From Mizuhopecten yessoensis (taxonomy: Eukaryota), in contig NW_018408917.1 of assembly GCF_002113885.1 (NCBI RefSeq), positions 124,001 to 188,000 on the forward strand: a DNA stretch of 64,000 nucleotides. Direction: 5' to 3'. Position numbers and translations under genes: made by a program. The notes beneath the pieces were generated by a model. It was given only the letters and a program-made list of their open reading frames with translations, had not been told where the DNA came from and did not search any database. Below, piece by piece: positions 1 to 13,300 of the stretch; position 1 is the stretch's first letter, and each line of letters begins with the position of its first letter.

Positions 1-2269
1 GCACTGTATAGGTAGAATAATAAACTACATTAATTCATGGGCTATATCTCCTCTGCCTAACAGGAGCTGTTTAAATATGTGTCTATAACCGTAATCTTAA
101 ACAACGCTAGAAATGAATCATATTTTATGCCATTTTGTATGCAATATCCATTCCAATCAAACATCTTTTAATTTTAAATCGTGTTTAATTTCTGTGAAGA
201 GAATCAGACAATTGAACATAATGCCGACATGAAAAAATAATATGGCAAAATTGGTGCAACCGATGATACCGGAATGGACAAAATTAGCATATGGTGTAGT
301 AAATGTTAACTGTGTTTGGCTTTGGACAGAGTTATCAATTTCTTAATAGGTGCTTCCTTTTTATGTATTTGTAGCGATCATCTTTGAAACGCAATCGCTA
401 ACGACAAAGCGAAGATGAATTGTATTAAAGTGTTTTTTTTTTATCTTTGCAAATGATAATTTTGCGTTAATAACAAATATCTTGCAAATACGGAAATTAC
501 GTTAAAGCTTGTTATTGTCCATTTTGCAAAATATCTATGCAATCACTTTTATGCTTTGCGTTTAATCCTTCGAGACACAAAGTTGTTTTACTAAGTTGTT
601 TGATTCCTTCATCCAAGAGTTTTACACGCAACATTGACAACCTCAATTATATGATTTGATCATATGTCGTAAATGGTTCATAAAATAAACTGATTATCAT
701 TTTGAAATTAACAAGAAGAATTATTTAGAATACTAATCAATTATAATCGTTATACAAAGGATCAGTCATACGTGACAAAGGATAAGTCATAAGTGACAAA
801 GAAAAACTGAAGAAATGTATTTTGGTACTTAGTATAGATACATACTACTTAACCTATCAATTCTTTTTCAGCATGGAAAAGAATTGACCAATATATGATC
901 AAGGATGTTTGTTTTTCAATGTCATATATAGTGATATCATAAACATAACCTCTATACAATTACTCTTTTCCTTCGGAAAAGCAGCATTAGATAAGAAACT
1001 TTTTTTTTATTATTTGGACATTTCAGTCATTCGTTTTCAATTGGACAATGATGATAATATAACATTAAATGCTATATAAAAGTTAAACTGCCCGGCAAAT
1101 GAATTCAATATAATGGTTTGTTAAATGGTTGTTGTACGAATTAGTATTACATAGTTATTTATAGAATTGATATTTTTACAATCCCATTGAGAAGCCCTCA
1201 AAGAAATCTACTAAGCCAAATGTGTTGTTATGTACAAGTACCAGTAACACGTGGATGTTTTTGATATGGTACATTGTAACAGCAACGACTGGCTTACCCG
1301 TTGACAGTTAAAAATGTTACCGAGTGGAATAGTGTGCTTTGTATTGTATTTCAGTGACGTAAAGTCATATTCGCGCTATCGTAAGAAAGCAAATATATTA
1401 GCATACTTCGTCTGCATACATACACTCATTTACGCATGCATAGCACGTGGGTAGGGTATTTCTTTAATGAACTAAGCTGTTAATAGGTTTAAACTCTATA
1501 CAACCAACCAACCAACAAATCGGAAAAACTGTTCGGCATTTTCCGTTATGTTATGCTAATTGGATAGCAATGATGACATCACGTAAAATCCAAAACGAAT
1601 AAAAATTCCTGATTGTTTTTCATTTGACGTTTGTCGCCTTACGGACCTGATAGACAAAGAAAACCTTATCTTTCTCCCGCGAAAACGGTTGTTACATTAT
1701 TTGATAAAAACTGATTATAATATATCATTAAACAGCTCGGTTACTCTTAATTGACTTTCCTGTGATCTGTTGATAAATCTGTTTGACTTTGACATAACAG
1801 CACTCAGAATCACTTACTTTTACTGGAATCATGCATGTTTGTTTCACTTGTTCTGATATTTCTTGTGTATGTTTGATTATATACTCATAAATGGCTTTGC
1901 ACTACTGGTTACCTGTCTAGTTATTTTCAATCGAACAAAACATGTCCAAAACTGCACAAAATATGTATGAAGGTGTCTGAAAGAACAGACATAAGGACAT
2001 TTTAAATATTTATATAATTCTATTTCGGAATGATATACCTCAGTGGGTGTTGAAATAAGTTCAAAATGAACTTTTTCGTAATATGTTGGACTTCAATCGT
2101 GGTGATTCATCGGGTAAGATAAACTCACTTGTGAAGTTAAGATAAAAGAGTTTAAAACTATGAGACTTGCTTAACATCTATGTAGATATGGTAATTTTAT
2201 AACGTTTTACAAGCTGGATGGATGATTGACAACATTTCTGGGTACCTAAGTATTTTATTAACCAAATTC

Positions 2270-2812
2270 TTTGTTTGTTTGTTTGTTTGTTTGATTTTGT
2301 TTAACGTCCTATCAACAGCTAAGGTCATTTAAGGACGTCCTCCCCTGTGTGCAAGATGCATGCGTGCAGTGTATGTGTGTGTATCTTGGGAGGCTGCGAT
2401 ATGTTCGTGTTTGTCTCCTTGTGATAGCGCGGAACTGATGCCGACTTTATAGGGCTACCTCGCTGAAACGTACTGCCGAAGACACCCAGCAGGACGCCCC
2501 ACCCGGTCACATTATACTGACAACGGGCGAACCAGTCGTTCCACTCCTAATTTGCTGAGCGTTAAGCAGGAGTAGAAACTTCCATTTTTAAAGACTTTGG
2601 TATGTCTCGGCCAGGGGACAGAACCCAAAGCCTTCCTCACAAGGGCGAACGCTCAACAAATGGCCAAAAGTGAGGCATTGTCAAGGTAGACATTAGGAAG
2701 AAGAAAGTTATTTAGAAAGGAGAGAAGAGATAAGGTCCCAAATTTAGTCGCCTCTTACGATCATGCAATTGGGGGCAGCAGGTACAATTCTTACGCCCTA
2801 CCTGCAAGGACA
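2270..2812 (-). mobile_element. Full-length Meta-domain-type SINE with degenerate tRNA head and an extra ~150-nt 5' extension
   Basis: 11-bp TSD TAACCAAATTC (2259-2269, 2813-2823); (AAAC)n tail at ~2270-2295 after GATAGGACGTTAAAC; Meta-like core ATACCAAAGTCTTT...AACGCTCAGCA...GTCAGTATAATGTGACCGGG; decayed B box GGTTCTGTCCC near 2615-2625. Confidence 0.85.
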
Positions 2813-3331
2813 TAACCAAATTCAAAAGGCAAATCTACGCCATCGTCATCTATGAATAAAATTATACTATACACTTTACGAACTGCACGAAATGTTTCCT
2901 TGGTGAGCATAAACATTGGAAAAAGTACAAATGCACAAACAATTTGTATATTTTAATATCTAACTTTATGAACTCTTTTTTTACATGTCCCTTTCTTCTT
3001 TGACTGTACATGTATTTCGGAACATTTTATAAATGTATTTGTACTTTAAACCTATCTATGAGTCCTTCATAGATAAATGAGTTTCAATGTTAACCATGTT
3101 TGGTTATCTACAACGGTATCTGAGATTTTTAAATATTTACTTCCTAACTTTAAATTTGCAGATTATTTCAGTATCTACGCCACAACGTAGTTGACTCTTC
3201 AGGTAAACTTTCTGTCGTAGATGTTCTTGTTAAACTTATAGCAGAACTTTAACGTGTCAGGGTTTATAAAAAAACATTTTAAAAACATATTTCTGTTCGT
3301 TTTAAAATTTTGCAACTAATGAATAGTTGTA

Positions 3332-3517
3332 TTCCGTCTTTGCGTATTGCAGAGTTATCTTCTCTTGTGACCAGGTATTGATCGTTACGTCATTGGTTTG
3401 TGAGAGGATCGTCATCAATTTTTGAGAAAACGACGTAATTTTCTCACACAAACCAATGACGTAACAATCAATACCTGCTCCCAAGAGAAGATAAATCTGC
3501 AATACGCAAAGACGGAA
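3332..3517. mobile_element. Hairpin MITE, family A copy 1
   Basis: ~80-bp TIRs TTCCGTCTTTGCGTATTGCAGAG.../...CTGCAATACGCAAAGACGGAA; closely similar second copy at 58259-58444. Confidence 0.85.
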
Positions 3518-6479
3518 AAAGCATCTCACCTGTTTTACACGTTTCGGAATACTTTAGAAATAGATTTCATTATTTTGACATTGAGTACAACTGATGAGTC
3601 TTAAATGGACAACTTGGACCTGTGGTGAGCATTACATTATTTGATTTTGCTTTAATGTCGACTTACGTGAGATTTGATTGTGTTTCTTTCCTTCGTAATT
3701 AAGTCATAATATTCTGATAGTCTCTTTGCTGGATTTATATTTTTATCACTAAGCTTGTCGTCAATGCAATAATTTTTAAGAAATGATGTATCAAGTTCAT
3801 CATAGATTTACACATATCGCTGATAATCTGAGGTATACCATTTGGTCGTTTCCATTGTTTCGTAAATAATGTTTTCCCCAATAACATTCTAGTACCACTA
3901 AGCATGTGACCGTTAATTATTTGAAAAATAACCTGATATTATATTTCCGATATTAACAAAGAGGTTTCTTATTCTATAAATATCAAACTTGTCTCTTCGT
4001 AGGTCGAGTGTTTATACTACCCAGACATTTTCAGTAATCATAACCAATTTTCTTAAAAATGCATGTGATTTTTACATGAATGCAACCAATCGAGGCGACA
4101 ACCAGATAGTATGTGTTGCTGTGACAGTCCTGTATTATTTACATTGTAGTCTTTACCTTTCTTTAAAAACAGCTTACTTATTCAAACCAATGTAGTTTCC
4201 AATATCAGGAAACGGGCTAAGCATGACTGGTAACGAACCAATACCTGCTTGTTTGTGTATAATAAACTGGAAATCCCAATGCTTGTAGGGTTTTATAGTT
4301 CTTTGAAATGTCACATTTTTTAGAAGGGAAATATTGACATTTTGTGTTTACATAAATCAATTAAAAGAGGATACCTGATACATATTTTAAGATATGTTAT
4401 CGATTAATTACAACGAGTTTGCTTAATGCTGCATTGTCATTTACGTGCGTATATCAAAGTTGCAATTTAAAACTAAGTAATCATAAAATCCTTGTTTTCG
4501 TATTGCCACGCTGTATATAATATGATATTATTGTCCAATATATACTTAAATGTACATTTGAAATTTAGTGCAATAAACAGTCATAACAAAATTGCGTATT
4601 GTTATAACATTATTTTTGTAAGCTGCAGTTGAAACACGTGCAATAAAGATTCGGTGAAATGTCTATATACTACAATATAGTACTTAGTACTTACCGACAC
4701 TGCTCAGTCATACTCTACCAAACACCATCTCACCACTTGGCTTGTGTTGATATGATTTGCCGCGGAAACATTGTACCCTGCACATCTCTGCTCCAATTAC
4801 CACAGTCGGCGTATAGCAGCACACGCTATGACTACAAGTCGCTGATCATTACATTCATTCACCGACGACACGAAAGATGCATGTCCTAACAAGGTGTAAG
4901 TCATATACCAGGTCACGTGACAGCCAGTAGACTGGAAACGATTGAAATGCCAAATTTTGATATTTTTAACGTGGAGATAAAGAAAGTACACAGTGTCATA
5001 TTAGGGTCGATATAGCTACGATACGCTTCCAACGACGTCTACACTCATCGCGGAACAATAATAAAGTACTGTAAGTTGGGCTGTGTAGAACGTGATCGCA
5101 CAGTGACGAGTGAATGCGACGCCTCGCTAGCAAAGATTGTGGAAAGGTACATAGAAGGCGGCAGCAGGCATGCCAAGACAATATGGACAGAGGCTAATTT
5201 CTGATTGAACACACTAATCAATTAACTCACTTCCGTATATGTGTAATACCAGGCACAGATCGAAAGCAATACATTTCGTCCAATATTGTGCCGCTCCAAT
5301 TCATTCTAAAGCTTTATATTCGATGTAAAGGTGACACACCCTACAAACTAACGTATGAAGGACTAGGATGTAGTTGGCGATAGGATAAGGTTTATTGAGA
5401 GTAAGATTCAGCAGATATTTGTATTAAAAGGTATGTCACAGGTTTTCACATAGGGATGAGATAATAACAATTCGGAACGCTGCCGGCACTTGGCAGGGCA
5501 GATGTTTCAATTAGTCTTGCTCCTTTGTGATAATCCTACAGACAATTTAACTCATAGATAATATAATTACGTTTGTGTGCACACATTGTAATTTGTTTTA
5601 ATTGTATATTAATGGCATATAGCACATACGGACAAAACTTGGGTAAGAACATTTTTTCTGATAACCCTATATGTGTAGTATTATTTTTGCTGATTCTGAT
5701 GCACCGCTTTTGAAACATAAGTAACATGATAAAGACCATCATGAAAAGTGATCCAAAAGGGAAAAATGCGATCGTTCAGAAACATCAAAGCAGACATCGG
5801 TCAACGTGGTATATTTTGATTGATACGAAAGTGACAATGCTCTCAGCACTATCGCCGTCCAGATGCATATATTTATACGTACATGTATCATAGATGTAAT
5901 TATCTGATATATTTGCCCAGCTTTCTAAATATCTGTAATGTTCTGTATGTTTTTTTTTTTAAATATCACAACTTCTTAACGCATGTAACATGGAAGCATT
6001 AAGATTTTAAACCTTAATTGCCTTATGTTATGGTCTACTTATTGATTGGCTTTGTTCATTAAACTCGTCAGCAAATCCTTTTGAAACATGATTCGGTTTA
6101 TGCCATAAACTGCGCACAGATAGTGTAGTATCAAAATTACATAATTCATAAGAAAATGTTTTATATTATTAGAGCTAAATGTAGGTTTTTACGTTTTGCT
6201 GGTCTAACTCTTATTGCTGATCAACAGCTAATGGAAACACTTGCAACAGGTGTTTTCGAGAGATGCAGGCTGATAAAGACTGAGTAAGTTTGCCATCATG
6301 ATGTCATGGGGACATCTGTTTTTGCCTTAGGCAATGTAGAGATCGATATTGTGTTAGCATGCTCATTAGAGTGACATGTAGCTTCTTTACCCCTAAACCG
6401 GTTCTCTTGGATCTGACCTAAATTTAAATACCAAGTGTCGTCGATAAAGCAGACGACGCTTATCCTTCCGGAACATCTG

Positions 6480-6515
6480 GGCCCGTATTCATGAAACAGT
6501 TCTCATGTTCATACT
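6480..6515. mobile_element. MITE family B, isolated terminus
   Basis: CTG|GGCCCGTATTCATGAAACAGTTCTCATG matches the TIR of the copy at 11644-11907. Confidence 0.6.
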
Positions 6516-8336
6516 TCTGTGGTCAGACCCAATTTATTGTAGTAATATATCACTTATATCATTTGAGACAGCCAAAAAGTCAAAGGTCACCACTGAGAAT
6601 AGAAATCTACATAAAGTCTCTCTGAAATTCAAAAACGTCATGAAAAAAATGTGATGTGTAATAGATTTATAAGCAAAACAGGAAAACGGACGTGAGGCAC
6701 AACGTTTATTAAAAAGAGATTGGCTAAAAAGAGGGGTATATATACATGTAAAGGTTGTCACTTTATTTCTACATGTAAAGGTTGTCGCTTTATTTCCCTA
6801 CCACATTCAGATGGCATTCATATGAGCTATGAATGTCATTTCCCAATCGTTGACGTCTTCCTAATTGTGTGACGTCATATTTGGGATCAAAATACTTCAA
6901 ATCGGTTAATATAATGTTTTCAGTTGATATTCATACAATGTTGTCAAGAAGAATGCCTACTGGAAATTGCACATGAATGCAAACTGGAAGCATTTCAGTG
7001 CTTAACATATGTCATTCAAGGTTCTGCGTACGAACCAACATATACAATAAACGCGATATCCCAAATATACTTAAATCGCCTTCGCGTATACCACACGTCA
7101 ACGATTCTTCTGTTCACCTGTTCTGCTCCAAGCTGATCCTGGCTAAGTGTAAGCGCTGAGACGTCCTACTGCAGTGCTTGTTGTAGTTATAGCTGCTACT
7201 GAGCCGCTGTTCCTTTCCCATCACAGGGGACTTCCTGCTTTATCGTTAAACGTCATGCCAACGTCTGCGTGCCTCCTAGACGTTACACAGACTAAATCGT
7301 TTCACATATTTGAATTAAATTTAACACGTTTATTTCTTGAATAGTTGCTGTTTCATTAGATGCGCCTTAGGAGTTGTATATGATTATTTTAGGTGTGTTT
7401 TGTATTATAATGATTTAGTATTACGATGTAACCATGTGGCCGTACTTCATAATACTCACACTTTACTTAGTATTGATATTAACATTAACCACTACTCCTT
7501 TCGTTTTGGGAATCCTTAAAATTAAGAGTTTTTATGCACTCGACTTTTGTTTCAACACTAATTTAGCATAACTTTGGATTTTCAAAATGATTTACATTAC
7601 AACATACAGCTATTCCGTCGTCCTTCTGGACTCCTAGTAGTTTTAATTAAGAAACATGGATATTTTTGCACTCGACAACGAGGAAATGATTTATGTGGCG
7701 GCAGTACATTGAAGCTGGAACCTGTGATACCATTGTCATTGATATAGCTAGGCGCCACCCTAGCCTTTCTGAACATGACATAAGGTATACGGAGGTACAG
7801 AAGCAGCACGCCGACTGACCGAGACAGTCTTCATTTAGTCATCTAATCTTATGAACTGGTCTACTTACGTCACTGGTCGTTAACGCATCGAATCATATCA
7901 CGACACAGACAATATGACATGCACCAATCTAGTGTTAAAGGGAACTATACATCGATACGTGTTTATCAGTACAGATGGCAACAACAGTAAGAATACGGTA
8001 GACTCGATATGAAATGTAGTAACATATTAAATGATATATCAATAGAAAAGACAATATTTAAAGTATGGAGTTTGGATTGGTCTCTACGGTATTTCTGTTG
8101 GCTACATGATTTATTTGTTAAATACAACGCATTAAGGCAGTGGCTTATTTTATTCGGGGTCAATAGTTGAACATCGTTCGGAGAACATCCCATAAGGAAC
8201 CTTGTCCCACTGCACTGTGTTTTTTCCTATAAACAGTAGCCCCCTTCCCTTAACTTTTGATATCACTATAAACAGTTAGCTAACTCCTCCGTTGACGAGG
8301 TAGCTATGTCGGTTAGAGCAATAACATAACAATCTG

Positions 8337-8590
8337 GAGCCGATTTAAGAAACCGTTCTCCTGCTCAAACTCAGATTCCGTGTTCAAGTCTAATTTCTTG
8401 TCTGAGTAATAAATTCGTAAAAAATCACAAATTCTCGTCAATGATTTTAAAGACTTTTCAAGCTAAATACCATTTTTGTTATTTACACTGACTTTCTGAC
8501 CGTGCCAGATGATTTCAGTGAGTAATAAGAAAGTTGGTTTGAGCACTGAATCCAGGCTTGAGCACGAGAACGGTTTCAGAAATACGGACC
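8337..8590. mobile_element. MITE family B (PIF/Harbinger-like)
   Basis: Diverged ~60-bp TIRs (GAAACCGTTCTCCTGCTCAA / TTGAGCACGAGAACGGTTTC); flanking triplets CTG and CAG. Confidence 0.75.
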
Positions 8591-9007
8591 CAGGTTTTAA
8601 AATCTCATAAAGTCTTACACTCAGAACATTATTGTTGATTATATTTTGTTTATAACATCTTCATTTATTTAAAAAAAAAACCGCAAGGTATGGGTTTTTT
8701 CAGACATGATTTAGTAAGTCTATAGTCAGGTCCGATAAAACAGTTTCCAACATCTAACCTACAGTTTCTGGCAGTCGTACGGGATACCTTAAAATATTAA
8801 AGATTTCTTCTATCTACAGGTTAGATTGTTGGTTTGCAAATCAATCTTATATCCTTTAAACACAGTGTATAAACTTGTCTTTTAGATGGAACAAAATACT
8901 TTTCAGTGCTAAACATATCTGCCTATCTAGACAATGAACTTGTTCTCAAATCCGAATATAATTCGTTAACAGATCGCCATAAAATAATATAATTTTCGTA
9001 GTCAGTA

Positions 9008-9795
9008 CACACGCTAAGTGAAATGCTACATGGCGTTGAACGTCATATAATACACACGCTAAGTGAAATGCTACATGGCGTTGTACATAAGATAATCTAC
9101 ACGCTAAGTGAAATGTTACATGGCGTTGTACATTAGATAATCTACACGCTAAGTGAGATGTTACATGGCGTTGAACATTAGATAATCCGCACGCTAAGTG
9201 AAATATTACATGAAGTTCTACATTAGATAATCCACACGCTAAGTGAAATGTTACATGAAGTTCTACATTAGATAATCTACACGCTAAGTGAAATGTTACA
9301 TGGCGTTGTACATTAGATAATCCACACGCTAAATGAAATATTACATGGCGTTGTACATTAGATAATCCACACGCTAAGTGAAATGTTACATGGCGATGTA
9401 CATTAGATAATCCAAACGCTAAGTGAAATGTTACATGGCGTTGTACATTAGATAATCCTCACGCTAAATGAAATGTTACATGAAGTTCTACATTAGATAA
9501 TCCACACGCTAAGTGAAATGTTACATGAAGTTCTACATTAGACAATTTACACGCTAAGTGAAATTCTACATGAAATTCTACATTAGACAATCTACACGCT
9601 AAGTGAAATGTTGCATGGCGTTGTACATTAGATAATCCACACGCTAAGTGAAATGTTACATGAAGTTCTACATTAGACAATCTACACGCTAAGTGAAATG
9701 TTACATGGCGTTGTGCATAAGATAATCCATACGCTAAGTGAAATGCGATATGAGGTTCTACATTAGATAATCCACACACTAAGTGAAACGTTATA
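9008..9795. repeat. 45-bp minisatellite, ~17 copies
   Basis: Unit ACACGCTAAGTGAAATGTTACATGGCGTTGTACATTAGATAATCY; variant units have GAAGTTCT in place of GGCGTTGT. Confidence 0.95.
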
Positions 9796-11240
9796 TTAAA
9801 TGTTCAACACGGTAAATGAAGCTTTCCATGTTGTTTAAGTGAAGTTCTTTATTAAAGAGCAAAAATACTAAATGAAGTACTATATTAATAATTTACATGC
9901 TTAATTCAGTGCAACACTAATGAATACGATAAATGAAGTGCTACGTTAAATACTCAACACGCCAAGCGAAGGGCTGTATTAAATCCACACGTTAAGTGAA
10001 ACGCTACAGTAAATGATCCGCACCCCATGTGAAGTACCGAACTGTGTAGCTTCATAGAGAAATCCAGTCTTGATATGGTGTTACGTGAAACAATCCATAT
10101 TCCGTGTAAGGCTAAAGAATATGTTACTAATCTCTGCACTGTAAGAAATGTGTAAGAGACCTGGAGATAAAATGTATTTGATGCGCATCTGCACCCAGCA
10201 TCGTGATTGATATATTTTCTGTATAATTTGATATTTTCACGATTTCTGAAGTAGTTAACGTTGTATCAACGGAAATATTATCGAAGATATAAGTAAAGCT
10301 TGCTTATAAGAATTCCAAAATAATATGTTTATAAATTTATTTACGTTAAATTCCATACGTAGGATAGTCACAATTGAAGTGTATCATTGTCTAAAAACAA
10401 CTTTAGTATATATGATTAATGTATACCTTAAGGCCCTAATTAACCAAAAAAATAAGAAGTTTTGTGTGATTTTGTGTGGGGTGTATGTTACTCTTTCATT
10501 CCTTTCAATCATGTTTGTTTTGAAAAGAAAAGTCGAAATGATAGGATTGCGGCACAGAAAAGATAATTCAATTTAAAGATAGAACTATGGAAATCGACTT
10601 GAGAAAAATAAAACAGCGACCATGCTAATCTAATATAGCATCGGTGTTTGATAGTTAGACCGACACAGCTATGATGTACTTTGACCCCACTTGACCTTTG
10701 TGTTTTTCAGGAATGGTAAGGACCCCCAGACAATTGTTTTGTCAATTATCTGCCTATAAATGATCATTAAGACGAAGAGGCATGCGATCATTATCTTACT
10801 AACATTGTCTTTAGAACTAAGACCGGAACAAACCTCCGCCTCCTACGAGTTAGTCGCTACCATGCAAAGAGCAATTCTCCTCAGAGAATATCAGGACATG
10901 TCTAACAGTTTACATGACATTTGCTAATATGTCACGAACTCAGTAATAGTCACGTGATGCGCCTACCTTTGTGTATACCGTCAGAGGTACAGTGTAGGTG
11001 TCTCATGGATCAAATTCAACGAAACGAGTTTTGACGGGAAAATGCTGTAGATATAAATACAAAAGTCAAGAAAACGTTATTTCACCTAGGGATTATTTAT
11101 TTCCTGCATTTTCATTTACCTTTGTATAATGTTTTTCCGTTGTGAAGATGATGTTATTGATCGATATTAGGTATGTTTATAAATAGTCAACACAGGGGAC
11201 AGATTAAAAGAATAGTGCGCAAGTGTCGGAAAATAATGTG

Positions 11241-11498
11241 TGTAGCGGAACTCGACTGGGTCGATCTTCGACGACCATTAGCTCAGTTGGTAGCGCGTTC
11301 GCTAAGCGTTCCGAAGGTTCCAGGTGGGAATCCCGGTCAGGCCGTTAGATTGCTCTTTCTCCTATCAAACAATTGGCGAGCTTGCCAACCATTGTTTCAA
11401 GCACAGGGAGAGTTCTTGACAAGGGGATACCCGAATATGGGTCGTAAAATAGCTGTGTCTTCGGTGAAGAAGACGTTTAAAAAAGCGAAGGAAGGATG
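11241..11498 (+). mobile_element. Partial tRNA-LTR mini-retrotransposon (one LTR, PBS, internal region, PPT)
   Basis: TGTAGCGGAACT...AAACA (11241-11371) resembles the LTRs at 56096-56477; then TGGCGAGCTTGCCA (PBS-like), similar internal region, purine tract AAAAAAGCGAAGGAAGGA and TG. Confidence 0.7.
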
Positions 11499-11952
11499 AA
11501 ATACCATGCTGAATGCACCAAGCAAAGCATTCCGCCGGTCACATTATATTGACAACGGGTGAACCAGTTGTGGCCATTACTCCAAACGCTGGACGTTATG
11601 CAGAGAATACCAACTACCATTTAAATGACTTTGGTATGTCCTGGGCCCGTATTCATGAAGCCATTCTCATGCTCAAGCATGGATTTTGTGCTCAAGCCTA
11701 ATTTCTTGTTCTGGTTATAACTCAATAAATAAATCTTATCTTGTCAATGGTTTGGAAACATTTTGTAGAGGTTTATAGCCAAATACTTTTTTCAATGTTT
11801 ACATTTGACTTTTTGATCGTTTCACATGATCTAAGCGAGTTACCAGAAAGTTGGTTTGAGCACAGATTCCATGCTTGAGCATGAGAACGGTTTCATGAAT
11901 ACGGGCACTCGCCTGGGGACAGAACTCATGGCCTTCTTCATCTGGGCGAACA
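11499..11952 (-). mobile_element. Meta-type SINE fragment interrupted by a MITE
   Basis: Aligns to ~2465-2650 (CCGGTCACATTATA.TGACAACGGG.GAACCAGT; GACTTTGGTATGTC; GGGGACAGAAC) on both sides of the MITE. Confidence 0.75.
11644..11907. mobile_element. MITE family B (PIF/Harbinger-like)
   Basis: TIRs GGCCCGTATTCATGAAGCCATTCTCATGCTCAAGCATGGA / TCCATGCTTGAGCATGAGAACGGTTTCATGAATACGGGCA; 3-bp flanks CTG/CTC. Confidence 0.85.
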
Positions 11953-12293
11953 ATAAAGATATATTACAGATATTGGATTGTGTTTGAATCAAAAGTATTT
12001 TGTGAAGATATCATTTTATCACATGATCGGCCTGTTATCCAGTGAATTCGCCCGTGTTATATTTTTACATATGTCACTAGTGTAATATACCCCGGAGCGT
12101 TTTTCATCGGCTGTGCCAGTCAGAAATCGATTGTGACGTCATAATATGGACAATGACGTGACGTCATAAATTGTGAATGGCGCAACAAAATGGCTGTCCC
12201 GTTTGATTACTCCTCTACATTTTGGCTTTAAAACCTGTCAAAATGTAAGTTTTCTGAGTTATGTGATCAAAAGTATCTCAAATTTGTTTTCAT

Positions 12294-12326
<33 letters not shown>

Positions 12327-13300
12327 GTAATATGCAACATTTATATAGCGCCCTATATAATTTGTTTTACAACATATGGATAATAGTAATGGTTATAATT
12401 GTGAAAACAAAAAACAAAGGCCTACAATCACTTTTATACATTTAAGCAAGCAATGTGCACATAATTGAACAAATAAAAGGGTGGTATTTACATAACGTCT
12501 TTGCAAAGATTCTAAAATGCAGAAATGAAGAGGTGAGTTTTGATGTCCCTCTTGAACAGCTAGGGTATTTGACTTTCTAATTGCAGATGGTAAGCTATTC
12601 CACAACGTAGCCGAAACCCTCCCAAAGCATCTGTTTCCGTAGGTCACATTACGACATTTTGGGACACACAACAAAGATTCTGACTCCGACCGCAGTGATC
12701 GTGACGGCTGATACAGGGCAACAAGCTTATGTAGGTACTGAGGAGCTGTTCCATTCAGTGCCGATTATGTGTACACCAGAATTTTGTACTGCGACCTGTA
12801 TCGTACATGTAACCAGTGCAACGAATAAAGCACAGGTGTGATGTGCTCTCTCTTTCGAGTACGACTAACTAGCCGTGCTGCAGTGTTCTGGACCCTCTGC
12901 TGACGACTAGTTAGTTTGTCAGATATACCACAAAGCAGGGTGTTACCATAATCCAACCGAAAGGTAACAAGTGAATGCACCAAAATCTTGCATGCATCTG
13001 CAGTTAAAAACTGCCTAAGACAGCCGATGTTCCTGATCTGGTAGTAACAGGATTTGGCAATAGCGTTCACTGGTTTCTCCATGTTCAGTGAACTATCAAA
13101 GTATACCCCTAGGTTTTTAACAGCTGGAACAGTCTCAATAGTTCTGGCACCGACCTTGAGCTGGAGAGCCATTGTTTGCTGACACTTTGGTGAAAAGACG
13201 ATTAGTTCCGTCTTCTCCTGATTAAGCTTAAGCATGTTGGCTTTCATCCAGATACTGATATCTGTCAGACAAGCTTCCAGACTTTCTGAGACGGTTTTCC
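12294..13300 (-). mobile_element. 5'-truncated L2/CR1-group LINE (C-terminal ORF2 remnant, 3' UTR, (TTA)n tail)
   Basis: ORFs 12765-13247 and 12393-12674 carry WMxxNMLKLNxEKTE, VKNLGVYFD, RLDYGN.LL.G, QRVQNTAARLV, HITPVLxxLHWL, LWNSLP; disrupted frame; GGCGCTATATAAAT then (TTA)n tail at 12294-12331. Confidence 0.92.

Noticed and set aside
2066-5210. Possible plus-strand exon chain (MNFFVICW... at 2066, segments at ~3170, ~3990, ~4630) and a faint TSP1-like pattern near 5100-5180
   Set aside because: Frames hit stops or need frameshifts and no family is recognisable; could be a decayed gene or lncRNA but cannot be supported.
7080-7280. GC-richer, exon-like patch
   Set aside because: Stops in the frames I checked; no motif recognised.
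9459-9779. 106-aa ORF with 15-aa His/Cys repeat
   Set aside because: Product of the 45-bp minisatellite; no start context or splice support.
9008-9795. CRISPR-like periodicity (also 63560-64000)
   Set aside because: Head-to-tail repeats without unique spacers, eukaryotic context, no cas genes.
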